A DNA stretch of 64,000 bases, taken from positions 1 to 64,000 of IMG/VR virus record IMGVR_UViG_3300011855_000048, one strand, 5' to 3'. Positions 55,754 through 64,000 of the stretch are shown here, in pieces. The stretch comes from an uncultured virus (IMG/VR IMGVR_UViG_3300011855_000048) (taxonomy: Duplodnaviria > Heunggongvirae > Uroviricota > Caudoviricetes). Made by a program: the position numbers and the translations under genes. The first letter of the stretch is position 1; every line of letters starts with the position of its first letter. Below the pieces are notes generated by a model. It did no database searches, was not told the DNA's origin, and saw nothing but the letters and a program-made list of their open reading frames with translations.

Positions 55754-56071
55754 TTATGGACTCCAGAAAGCAAAAACTCGCCGAAAGGCGAGCTACTGAT
55801 CAAATGTCAGGATGTGAAAACTTGAATGATGGTGATAGTTATATCCAGGAAATCATAGCCATATACGCTTCCATAGCGTTTTTTCTGGTGGCAGATATAC
55901 CCTTTCAGATGACCATCGTTTTAGCCTCTGTATCCTGAGTGCGTGGTATCTGTTACACCTGCGCCGCTTTTCCATTAATGAAGGGCCAATGCAGGTACTG
56001 AAGATAATACCAAGCGGAAACATGAGCAGTGCTGACAATGGCCCCCACATAAGGATTTTAAGGATCTCGCG

Positions 56072-56500
56072 TTGAGTGAATACGTGCTTTTTTTCAATAC
56101 TAACCCCGGCCTTATCACTTTCACCTGGACCGTGATATGGGCGATATCTTCGTTTGGCTTGGGGATCTGGTTCGGTCACTGGCTTGCCAGAAGCAGAGAT
56201 GAGCGAAAGGAGTTCAATGAAATCGCATTCCCTTTGTTCCTTCGCCTTTGTGAGCAGAAGAGACTGGCTAGTGAAGGAAACTCTGCATTCCCTATATCCG
56301 TCACTACCTCGGAATTTGAGGCACTGAGTGCTGTTACTCCCCGCGGGCAGCGTAAAAGCCTTGCCAACGCATGGAGTGTATATCGACAAGCTAAGAAGGA
56401 TTGCAGCAGCAGGGATAGTGATAATTTCCTTGTATTTCATAGTCCAGACATCCTCATAAGTGCGATTGATGGACTAATCCCGTATGTGAAACGGAAATAA
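56072..56500 (+). CDS. Antisense-oriented membrane-anchored moron
   Basis: TTG start after AAGGA; TM segment ending GLGIWFGHWLA; bidirectional terminator at 56500-56524. Confidence 0.65.
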   Translation: MSEYVLFFNTNPGLITFTWTVIWAISSFGLGIWFGHWLARSRDERKEFNEIAFPLFLRLCEQKRLASEGNSAFPISVTTSEFEALSAVTPRGQRKSLANAWSVYRQAKKDCSSRDSDNFLVFHSPDILISAIDGLIPYVKRK

Positions 56501-56552
56501 AAAAACCGCCAAAGTGGCGGTTTAGGACAGTTGAGACTTTGATTTGTGCCGG

Positions 56553-56900
56553 TTACCCAGGCACCTTCCTGCACGGAAAAGACCCAATCACCCTCGGCGC
56601 ATCCATGCTGGCTTGCAGAAGCTGGACATTTAGAAATCGCTTCTCGGTTCCGGGGTGGTGGATGTACTCAAAGCCGTAGTTGTTGCCGTCGCGGGCGGGC
56701 ATAAGGCCCATGTCGATTTTAATGCCATCATCGCCAAGAAGTTTAATTATCTGCGAGGTCACTTTCTCCCCGTTGATGATGCTTACATCACCCTCTTTGG
56801 CAACTAAAGTGTAAGGCCCGCAATGTGATGTGAACCCACCAGCGCAAGCGCTGAAAGATGCGAGTGCAATAAATAAACTGGAAATTACCTTCACTTTCAC
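56553..56900 (-). CDS. Secreted hypothetical protein
   Basis: Signal peptide; overlaps the stop of the hub gene. Confidence 0.7.
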   Translation of the reverse strand: MKVKVISSLFIALASFSACAGGFTSHCGPYTLVAKEGDVSIINGEKVTSQIIKLLGDDGIKIDMGLMPARDGNNYGFEYIHHPGTEKRFLNVQLLQASMDAPRVIGSFPCRKVPG

Positions 56901-57958
56901 CCCCGTCCAAGCGCTTCTCTATTGTAAATATCAAGCGCCCCACGCGCCTCGCACATCATGTCCATGTACCACGCCTGACCCCTTGTGTCACCAGTGTACA
57001 TGATGCCCCGGACGATATAAACGCCGTCGGTCGCAATGCTTGCGGGCTGCGCGGTGGTGCCAGTTAGCGTTACGTTACCGTCGGTTGTCTGGTCACTGAC
57101 GCGGCCGCCGGCCATCGCGATATCGTTATTCGCCAGCGCGGTGCGGTATACGGATCCCTGATTCAGCTCGATGAGGCCATTTACCCGAATGTTGGGGTTA
57201 ATGAGGGCGCGCACGTTCACGCCGCTGCCGATGGTCTGCTGGGGCATACCGATCAGGCCCGTCTCGCTGTTGAGCTTAATAGCCTCATGCACGTACTCGT
57301 TTTTTTTCACCATCTCGCGCTTTCCGTCGACAAACATCCAGGTCGCCTGGCACTGATCGGCGACGTTGTTCATCAGATTGCGCGTCATGCCAAACAGCAC
57401 CCGCCCGCGCGGAAAAACCGTGGGAGGCATTTCCGGCGTGTTCCCCTCGGTAGCGCCATTGGCATTGAAGTCTTGCATTAGCGCGCGATTGACGTCGGCG
57501 ACCGTGTAACCGGCGGCCAGGGTGCGGGAGGTCATCGAGGTGACGAACGCGCGATCGGAGTCGGCCGCCTGAATCAGGACGTAGCTGTCGATGGGGTTGT
57601 CTTTGCCGGTCAGGGTGTAGCGGATCTCGCCGTCGAACAGGAGCCCGTAATTGCGGCCGTCAGTCAGGCCAACCTGATTCGGGTCTACCTCGCGGGCGAC
57701 GCCCACTTGGCTGGCGTCAACAGTGGGCGGAATTCCGTCATAGCCGGCTATCATCCGGACGCGCGTGAACTCCTCGCCGGAGATTCTGTTGATGGTGTCG
57801 GCGGCCAGGTTGTAGATTTTGAACGTGCCCACCCGCGTCTCGCTGCTCAGGTTAAACCAGTCGATGGTGAACGTAACTTTAAACGTGCCGAAGTCGGTCG
57901 CCTTTCCTGCCTTATCCACCAGCTGAAGCTCAAAGTGGCGCATCCAGTTCTGTGACAT
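56897..57958 (-). CDS. Baseplate hub protein
   Basis: FKIYNLA and TGLIGMPQ motifs; synteny. Confidence 0.75.
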   Translation of the reverse strand: MSQNWMRHFELQLVDKAGKATDFGTFKVTFTIDWFNLSSETRVGTFKIYNLAADTINRISGEEFTRVRMIAGYDGIPPTVDASQVGVAREVDPNQVGLTDGRNYGLLFDGEIRYTLTGKDNPIDSYVLIQAADSDRAFVTSMTSRTLAAGYTVADVNRALMQDFNANGATEGNTPEMPPTVFPRGRVLFGMTRNLMNNVADQCQATWMFVDGKREMVKKNEYVHEAIKLNSETGLIGMPQQTIGSGVNVRALINPNIRVNGLIELNQGSVYRTALANNDIAMAGGRVSDQTTDGNVTLTGTTAQPASIATDGVYIVRGIMYTGDTRGQAWYMDMMCEARGALDIYNREALGRG

Positions 57959-57960
57959 AT

Positions 57961-58263
57961 TTACTCCATTACCGCGTAAAGGTGGCTGTTGGTGCCCAAG
58001 TCGGTTTTCGTGGGATTCTCGTTTACCGGGTCGTCGAGTGACACGTAGAGAGAAAAGCCCAGCCGCAGGTGGAGGTACTGCGCCAGCAGGTCTGCGCCGG
58101 TGATCAGCGGCAGGCCCATAATCAGCGGCGCGCCGCCGGCGTCACGGATATCGAGGCACCAGAACAGCTCCCGCCACACAACGCTCATCTGCAGGGTGAT
58201 GTCGTTCAGGGTGATCGAAAACTGTTGGTTATCCGGGCTGAGAGGTATTTCTCTGATCTGCAT
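57961..58263 (-). CDS. Small baseplate protein
   Basis: EIPLSPDNQQF..GLPLITGADLL motif. Confidence 0.7.
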   Translation of the reverse strand: MQIREIPLSPDNQQFSITLNDITLQMSVVWRELFWCLDIRDAGGAPLIMGLPLITGADLLAQYLHLRLGFSLYVSLDDPVNENPTKTDLGTNSHLYAVME

Positions 58264-58839
58264 TTATCCTCCGGTTAGCATCCCAATCCCGCGGCTAAGA
58301 ATGGACTCATTTTTCGGCGTCGGTGTTTTAACGCCGGAGTTCTGCACGGCCGACGTGCTGGCGCCCTGCGCCATGTTCTGCTTATCGGCCACCTGCGACG
58401 TGGTGGTGCTGGTGATTATGACCTCCCTGAGCGTCAACACCGCCGATAGCACGTTCTCCGATGCCCTGTCAGTGGTGATCTCCAGCCCGCGTATCAGCAT
58501 GTTGCTGTATAGTCGCTTCCCGGTCACCACGTCGAACGGCTCCCGGGACGCCTGCAGGTCCAGCAGCTGCTGATAGGTTTCCTGCGGGCTGATGCCGAGG
58601 CTCAGGCCCAGCGTTGAGGTGTTGGCAAGGTCCAGAATGGATCCGCCACCGGCAAAGCCCACTTCCATCACCAGCTCGGCGGGCCGTTTGTATGCGTGGT
58701 CAGAAATCGCCGCGCCTATCTCCACCGGATGCTCGGTAATCTCCAGCATGTCGGAGTGCTTTTCCGATACCACCACGCTCGGAACAATCAGCCCGATTTT
58801 CCGGCTCTGCTGCTGAAACAGCGTTGAGAGAATATCCAC
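58264..58839 (-). CDS. Tail tube initiator / Dit-like baseplate protein
   Basis: ITEHPVEIGAAISDHAY; follows the tape measure gene. Confidence 0.75.
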   Translation of the reverse strand: MDILSTLFQQQSRKIGLIVPSVVVSEKHSDMLEITEHPVEIGAAISDHAYKRPAELVMEVGFAGGGSILDLANTSTLGLSLGISPQETYQQLLDLQASREPFDVVTGKRLYSNMLIRGLEITTDRASENVLSAVLTLREVIITSTTTSQVADKQNMAQGASTSAVQNSGVKTPTPKNESILSRGIGMLTGG

Positions 58840-60722
58840 TAACCCACTCCTGGCTGATTTGTGCGCATAATCCTGGCGTTGGCGTCAGTCTGCCGGCGGC
58901 TGACCTCCTGGCCGATTTCCTGCGCGCTGCCGCCGTAGATGTTGTAGGTGTTCTGCTGGCTCACCTGCGCGCCGGCGGCGCGGTATGCCAGCGGGCTCTG
59001 CCAGTTGGAATACCCTTCCTTGCGCGCCATCGACTGCATGAGCGCACCCATCGTCTGCGGATCGGAGAGATTGAGCGCCGCGGTGGGCGATACCCCCATC
59101 CACCCTGCCACCTGCCGGGCGTACTGCTGAGGGTTGTTGTTGTCGCCCGCCGGCGCCCAGGTGCTGACGATATCCAGAACCGACTGGAGCCGGCGGCCGG
59201 TGGTTTTCCCGGTGAAGTAACGCATCAGCTGGTTTTTCATCGCGGCCCAGCCGTGCAGGGCGCTCTCAAAGTTTCGGAACCCGCCGCCGCCCACCGGCCG
59301 GATATTGCCGGGGTTGTTGTTGCGGTCGGCCAATGTGTTTCCCGTGCCACCGGGAATATCCGGCTGGATATTGGCGCCATGCACAATGCTCTTCTGCGTC
59401 TCTCCCTCGCCGGGAACAGGCGCTTTGCCCTGCTGCCAGATCGCAATACCGAGGCGCTTAACTTCGCTCCAGTTCCCTTCGTTGATGGCGTTCAGCAGGT
59501 CGGCGATCATGCTCAGCATCTTGCTAAACTCCCCCATCTGCATGATGAAGTTGTCGAAGTCCCACTTTAGCGACCAGGATTTCGGGTCTATGCCCAGCAG
59601 CTTGGCGATTGAGTTGGTGAGGTCAGAAACCGTTTTACGCAGGGACTTGATGAACTTCTCGGCGTTGTCGATCTCCGTTTTCCACTTGCCCCAGTCAACC
59701 AGGCTTTTTCCGCCCTCCCGCCAGGTCTGATAATCCTCCCAGAGAAGCGCCACGGCGGTCGCCAGACCGATAACCCACGTCACCGGTGAGGCAAGCATGG
59801 CCTTGTTGAGCAGCCACCAGGCCGCCGCCAGCCCGCCAATCAGCTCGATAAATTCCCGGGTCTGCTTGTCGAGCGTTCCCCACCAGCGATTAACCTCCTC
59901 GGCCGCCTGTATCAGCCGGTAGATCACCCGGCCAATGATCTCGCCCACCCACAGGACGCCTTTAACCGTCGCGGTAATGGCACCCTCAATCTTCGGGAAG
60001 TTGTCGAGGATCTGACGCCGCAGTGTGTCGATGGATCCCGCCAGGCCGCCGGCGAGGTTCGAACCGATTTTGTCCCGCGCCATGCCCGCCATCTGGCCGA
60101 ACGAACGCAGGGACGTCATGAAGCGGTTGGAGCTGACGGCTGCCGCGTCGGCGTTGTAGCCGATCGCCTTCGCCATTGCAGTGTATTCGCCGCTGAACTG
60201 GCCGATGCCCCGCCGCATCGCCAGCAGGGTATTTTCGTCAATACCCAGCATCTGCGCGTACTGATTCGCCCGGTAGTACGGCATGCTGCTGAGGCGCTGG
60301 CCGACGCCGGTGAAGATGCTGGCCATATCGCGCATGTTGCCTTTGGCGTCGCGCGTCTGTACGCCCAGGCGGTTGAGAAATCCCTCTGCACCCGGGTTGT
60401 TCCTCACGAACCGCGCCAGGCTCTCCAGCGAACCGCGCGCGGCCTCAACGCTGCCGCCCACCTGGCTGACGGCATAGCCGATCTGCTTGATGCCGTTAAC
60501 GGTCGCGCCGGTGCGCTGGGACGCCCAGTAGAGATTATCCAGCCCAGAGGCAATCTTCGCCGTGAACGCAACAACGGAGAGCGCAGCCGCCTCCACTTTC
60601 ACGCCCAGCTCGATAGCCCTCATCGTCGTGTTGACGACAACAGAGTCGAACTTTTTGGCACCCGCCTCGTCTACCGCGAACCCGAGGGAGATCAGAAAAT
60701 CCTTGAGCGTTTCAGCGTTCAT
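58839..60722 (-). CDS. Tape measure protein with putative C-terminal lysozyme-like domain
   Basis: DFLISLGF start; helical body; RNNNPGNIR..WAP..NN domain. Confidence 0.8.
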   Translation of the reverse strand: MNAETLKDFLISLGFAVDEAGAKKFDSVVVNTTMRAIELGVKVEAAALSVVAFTAKIASGLDNLYWASQRTGATVNGIKQIGYAVSQVGGSVEAARGSLESLARFVRNNPGAEGFLNRLGVQTRDAKGNMRDMASIFTGVGQRLSSMPYYRANQYAQMLGIDENTLLAMRRGIGQFSGEYTAMAKAIGYNADAAAVSSNRFMTSLRSFGQMAGMARDKIGSNLAGGLAGSIDTLRRQILDNFPKIEGAITATVKGVLWVGEIIGRVIYRLIQAAEEVNRWWGTLDKQTREFIELIGGLAAAWWLLNKAMLASPVTWVIGLATAVALLWEDYQTWREGGKSLVDWGKWKTEIDNAEKFIKSLRKTVSDLTNSIAKLLGIDPKSWSLKWDFDNFIMQMGEFSKMLSMIADLLNAINEGNWSEVKRLGIAIWQQGKAPVPGEGETQKSIVHGANIQPDIPGGTGNTLADRNNNPGNIRPVGGGGFRNFESALHGWAAMKNQLMRYFTGKTTGRRLQSVLDIVSTWAPAGDNNNPQQYARQVAGWMGVSPTAALNLSDPQTMGALMQSMARKEGYSNWQSPLAYRAAGAQVSQQNTYNIYGGSAQEIGQEVSRRQTDANARIMRTNQPGVG

Positions 60723-60957
60723 TATCCTCTCTCCATTTGGCAATTCGGTATTCGTTATCGGCCTTCAGGTCCAGCCAGTCATTCATGCGCGCGACATCTG
60801 CCAAGTCGACAGAACCGTCTTTTAATGCGGTGTAGGGGATGTACCCGGCATCAACCGGGCGCATGAGATAGCTCTCACCGTCAGGCAGGGATTCAAGCGT
60901 CAGGCCGCTGGCGGGGTGGGCGTCTCGCTGTCGGGGAGTTCTTTCAAAAAATTTCCC
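60712..60957 (-). CDS. Tail chaperone frameshift extension (GT-like)
   Basis: Open -1 frame after GGGAAATTTTTTG. Confidence 0.65.
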   Translation of the reverse strand, partial: GKFFERTPRQRDAHPASGLTLESLPDGESYLMRPVDAGYIPYTALKDGSVDLADVARMNDWLDLKADNEYRIAKWREDNER

Positions 60958-61325
60958 AAACTGTCGGCCACCACCCGGGCCACCAGCTGCAGCATGGTAA
61001 ACAGGTCGATATCGTCGAACATCAGCGCGCCCTGGGGAAATACCGGCGCCCAGCCCTGGCCGTGCTGGCGGGAAACGACGCTCAGGCACGGATGCACGAC
61101 CGCGTTAACGTCCTCATCCGGCAGCGCCGCCAGGGTGTCAGCAATACGCGGCAGCACGCTTTCCAGCACCGCGCCGGAGTTACCTGCTGTGGCCTGCGCC
61201 TTCAGCGCGCCGAACTCGCTCACCAGCCCGGCGAAGACCGGCAGCAGCTTGCGGGACACCTTCAGCTGCTGGAAAACGTCGAGCTTTGCGGTGCGGTAGT
61301 TGATGCCTTTAATCTGAAATTCCAT
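60900..61325 (-). CDS. Tail assembly chaperone
   Basis: Lies between the tube and tape measure genes. Confidence 0.8.
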   Translation of the reverse strand: MEFQIKGINYRTAKLDVFQQLKVSRKLLPVFAGLVSEFGALKAQATAGNSGAVLESVLPRIADTLAALPDEDVNAVVHPCLSVVSRQHGQGWAPVFPQGALMFDDIDLFTMLQLVARVVADSLGNFLKELPDSETPTPPAA

Positions 61326-61328
61326 CTA

Positions 61329-61769
61329 TTAAAACTCCCCAAGAAGCTGGTCGATTTTGCCGCAGTCGAAAACCCACGACACGGTATTGCCCACCTTGGC
61401 GTTGGCGTGGTCAGGCTGCTTCTGGAATGCGCAGCTGCGCGCGGTAGAGATGTCACCGCTCGACTTATTGCGGATAACGATGATGTTATTGCCCCAGGTG
61501 GCAGAGGACTGACTCTGCGCGTTGTACATCAGCGAGAGCTTTTTGTTTACCGGTGAGGTCTTCAGCAGCGTGACCGTGATAGTGCCGGATTTCCCGGCGT
61601 GCAGGCTGTGCATTACCTCGCCGTCAGCTCCGACGGTCATGGTGTTTTTGGCCTCGGTCATGGCCGTGGTGATGCCCTCTTCTGAGTTCGCCGAGCCGTA
61701 GCCCAGGTCGATGCTGCCAGTGGGGCCGGTCAACGACGCCGTGACGTCGAGAAACGAATAAGTGCTCAT
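61329..61769 (-). CDS. Tail tube protein (DUF3277-like)
   Basis: MTVGADGE..GTITVTLLKTSP motif. Confidence 0.82.
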   Translation of the reverse strand: MSTYSFLDVTASLTGPTGSIDLGYGSANSEEGITTAMTEAKNTMTVGADGEVMHSLHAGKSGTITVTLLKTSPVNKKLSLMYNAQSQSSATWGNNIIVIRNKSSGDISTARSCAFQKQPDHANAKVGNTVSWVFDCGKIDQLLGEF

Positions 61770-61778
61770 TTTTTCCCC

Positions 61779-62924
61779 TTAACGAACAACGTTGATCTGT
61801 ACGTCGGCATAGTGAATGGCGCCGGCCAGCTTGATGGCGGCCTGGATAACCGGCGATTTTCGCGCCTCGCGGTCTGCCTGCGCCTGCGCCGAAATGGGCC
61901 CGGCGTGGACGTAATAGCCTTTGGTCAGAGTGTCGCCGGACGCGAGCTGGCCGATAGGGCCGCCGTTCCAGACGCCCGGAGCCACCAGCCCGTTGGTCGC
62001 CGCCTGGTCGAGGCTCTGCTCAACGTTGGTCATCAACCGGGTCACGCCCGCGTCGGTCTGCGGGATTTTTGTCGTCGAGGTGTACAGCAGGTTATAGAGG
62101 TTGGTCTGCACGTAGTTCTGCAGCCAGTCCAGGCCGTGGCGCTCGTCAAAGAAGTCGCCATTGCTCATCACGCCCTGCTGAATAATCGCGGTGTCGTTTG
62201 CGTAATAGACGTAGACGTTGCCGTTGATGGTGTCGATAGCCGCTGCCTGCGATACCGTCAGCGTCTCATAGGTGACGCCTGGCTCCGCCTTGAACTTCAG
62301 CGTGATGGTGGTGTTGCTGCCGTTGAAGTTGACGGTGAACGCCCGGCCAAACGCCGAAATCGCGGCGTACTTGCTGCTTGTGCTGTACTGCCAAAACGTG
62401 CGCCCATATCCGGCCGCCTTCAGCTTATAGCCGAGGTTATCAGTATTGCCGGTCACCAGCACGTCAGGATCGGCAGTGGTCACCGCCAGGATACGGCTCA
62501 GGCTCGACGCTTCGATCGCCGCGGCTACAGAAAGCACGTCCGCATCCACCAGCTCGGCGCTGTCAGCCAGCGCCAGGCCGTACCATTTGGTGTACTGCAA
62601 CGCAGCATTGACCGCCTGCAGCGCAGTTTCCGGGTCGCCTGCTTCGGCGTTCGCCAGCGTTTTCGCCCAGCGGCCGATAAATACCTGAGTGGGCTTCGGC
62701 GACTGCGAGAAAAATACCGTTGCCGCGGCATATTCGGGGCTGTCTACGCCGAAGTCCTCGCCGATATCTTCGAGCGCAGCATATTCACGGATGCGCTCAG
62801 TCAACGGAATAACGGTCGACGTGCCCAGGATAAGCAGCGCGCCAAAATTGCGCCCCTGCGCCGCGACCGGCGACATGATGACGTCAACGTTCACGACGTT
62901 TGAGACAGGTAAGCCCTGTGCCAT
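61779..62924 (-). CDS. Tail sheath protein (DUF3383-like)
   Basis: [16 protein letters not shown] and LAGAIH motifs. Confidence 0.85.
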   Translation of the reverse strand: MAQGLPVSNVVNVDVIMSPVAAQGRNFGALLILGTSTVIPLTERIREYAALEDIGEDFGVDSPEYAAATVFFSQSPKPTQVFIGRWAKTLANAEAGDPETALQAVNAALQYTKWYGLALADSAELVDADVLSVAAAIEASSLSRILAVTTADPDVLVTGNTDNLGYKLKAAGYGRTFWQYSTSSKYAAISAFGRAFTVNFNGSNTTITLKFKAEPGVTYETLTVSQAAAIDTINGNVYVYYANDTAIIQQGVMSNGDFFDERHGLDWLQNYVQTNLYNLLYTSTTKIPQTDAGVTRLMTNVEQSLDQAATNGLVAPGVWNGGPIGQLASGDTLTKGYYVHAGPISAQAQADREARKSPVIQAAIKLAGAIHYADVQINVVR

Positions 62925-62927
62925 AGG

Positions 62928-63470
62928 TTAATCTCCAAAATATTGAACTGGCGCGCTGGCCAGCGTTTTGATGCCGTATTCGCGGATGATTTTGCGGCGC
63001 AGGTCAACGCTCAGGTCGTAGCGGCGCACCCACTGGTTATTGATGAGTTCGGGCAGGTTGAGGATCCGCCCGTGCTGCATGAACGTCAGCCCGGTGCGGT
63101 TCAGCTCGTCGTTGTTCTGGGCCACCAGCATGCCGTCGCGGAATTGGGTGGCGGCTGCCAGACCTGAGGGGCCGTAGAAGCAGGTGATGATGCTGACGGT
63201 CTCATGCGACCACTGCTCCGCTGACTCAGCGCCCTGCAAGTAAGACGGGTTGAAGTCCTCCTGGATGCCGGTGATGCCAAATGCACACCATGTGACGCCG
63301 TTTTTGGGGATCGCTTGCTGCGGGTCAGTCCAGCGCGGGTAAACCAGTTTTGCCGGCAGCGCGGTCAGCCCCCGAATCCACCGGCTGATTTCCCGCTCAA
63401 GTTCCTCGTCGTACGCCGGGCCCGCCCCGGCGGGAGTCAGGTAGCCAGCCGATGTGCTGTCATTACTCAA
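62928..63470 (-). CDS. Tail completion / neck protein
   Basis: TTG start overlapping the upstream gene; PELINNQWVRRYD. Confidence 0.7.
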   Translation of the reverse strand: MSNDSTSAGYLTPAGAGPAYDEELEREISRWIRGLTALPAKLVYPRWTDPQQAIPKNGVTWCAFGITGIQEDFNPSYLQGAESAEQWSHETVSIITCFYGPSGLAAATQFRDGMLVAQNNDELNRTGLTFMQHGRILNLPELINNQWVRRYDLSVDLRRKIIREYGIKTLASAPVQYFGD

Positions 63471-63849
63471 CCGGGGTGCCTCCGTCAAATTCCAGCAGCT
63501 CGCAGTGCGCCTGCACGAAACCGGCGCCGTAGCTGACGTAGGGATCGACAAACGTCACGCGGTACTCGCGCCCGTTGTAGGTCACCGTGTCCGCATCGAG
63601 CCCCGGCTGGCCCTGCGTCAGCCTGAACGTGGTCACAATGAGGATCGCCCCGCCGATGTTCTGCCCGGCGGCCATCCGCTGCGCCTGCAGGGAGCGGTCT
63701 ACGGTCACCACACCTGAGAACGGAATGTCCTGCGGGGTGTTGATCGGGAAGTTATCCTCATCCACTGTCTGCACCTGCCGGTGACACACCAGCGTCGTGT
63801 CCATGAAATCGGGATCGAACAGGACTTCTGTCACGTCGAGCATCGGCAT
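63463..63849 (-). CDS. Head-tail adaptor-like protein
   Basis: 128 aa; synteny upstream of the sheath gene. Confidence 0.65.
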   Translation of the reverse strand: MPMLDVTEVLFDPDFMDTTLVCHRQVQTVDEDNFPINTPQDIPFSGVVTVDRSLQAQRMAAGQNIGGAILIVTTFRLTQGQPGLDADTVTYNGREYRVTFVDPYVSYGAGFVQAHCELLEFDGGTPVE

Positions 63850-64000
63850 TATTTTTTCCTCACCACGTAGTTGATGGACCGCAGCAGGTAGCCGTGGGCA
63901 TAGAGCGGCTTGTCGCCAGGGATGCCCTCGGCGCGCCGGCGCTCCAGCGTCTTCTCTGAGAGCGGGTGAAGGCGGTCACCGGCCCCGATAACTGCCTTTG
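63849..64000 (-). CDS. Partial virion morphogenesis protein (3' end)
   Basis: PLSEKTLERRR..KPLYAHGYLLRSINYVV. Confidence 0.6.
   Translation of the reverse strand, partial: KAVIGAGDRLHPLSEKTLERRRAEGIPGDKPLYAHGYLLRSINYVVRKK

Larger units (their letters stand above)
46836..64000. mobile_element. Prophage 2, contractile-tailed; tail end only
   Basis: Sheath, tube and baseplate module ending at the tRNA fragment; higher GC than prophage 1. Confidence 0.88.

Noticed and set aside
55853..56440. Full 195-aa minus-strand ORF
   Set aside because: Its 5' two-thirds overlap the more credible plus-strand gene; only the 3' part is kept as a candidate.
61812..62903. 363-aa plus-strand ORF and similar ORFs at 53.9-55.6 kb
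   Set aside because: Codon-bias shadows of GC-rich tail genes.

Overview
Enterobacterial DNA holding two prophages in tandem, separated by a displaced 3' fragment of tRNA-Ser(TGA) at 46836-46895 that marks an att junction. Prophage 1 (from beyond the left edge to about 46.8 kb) is a near-complete lambdoid siphophage. It has a tyrosine integrase and excisionase, a RecE-like exonuclease, a short non-cleavable CI with Cro and CII, O/P-type replication genes, a LexA-controlled dinI plus putative antirepressor, RusA, Q, a HicAB pair, a lysis cassette, a lambda/N15-type cos, lambda-type head and tail genes, a giant modular 2971-aa J protein, a fibre with an S74 chaperone, and a LexA-controlled umuD. 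Prophage 2 (about 46.9 kb to beyond the right edge) is visibly more GC-rich and contributes a contractile-tail module (sheath, tube, tape measure, baseplate, fibre), an esterase tailspike-like gene pair and a LexA-controlled UmuD'-like pair. The strongest novelty candidates are a three-gene STAS/GHKL-kinase, STAS and membrane-protein cassette between the integrase and att; a 20-bp motif repeated four times in transcript sense across both early operons; the modular J protein; and several AT-rich morons. All product calls come from motif recognition and synteny. No database searches were run.
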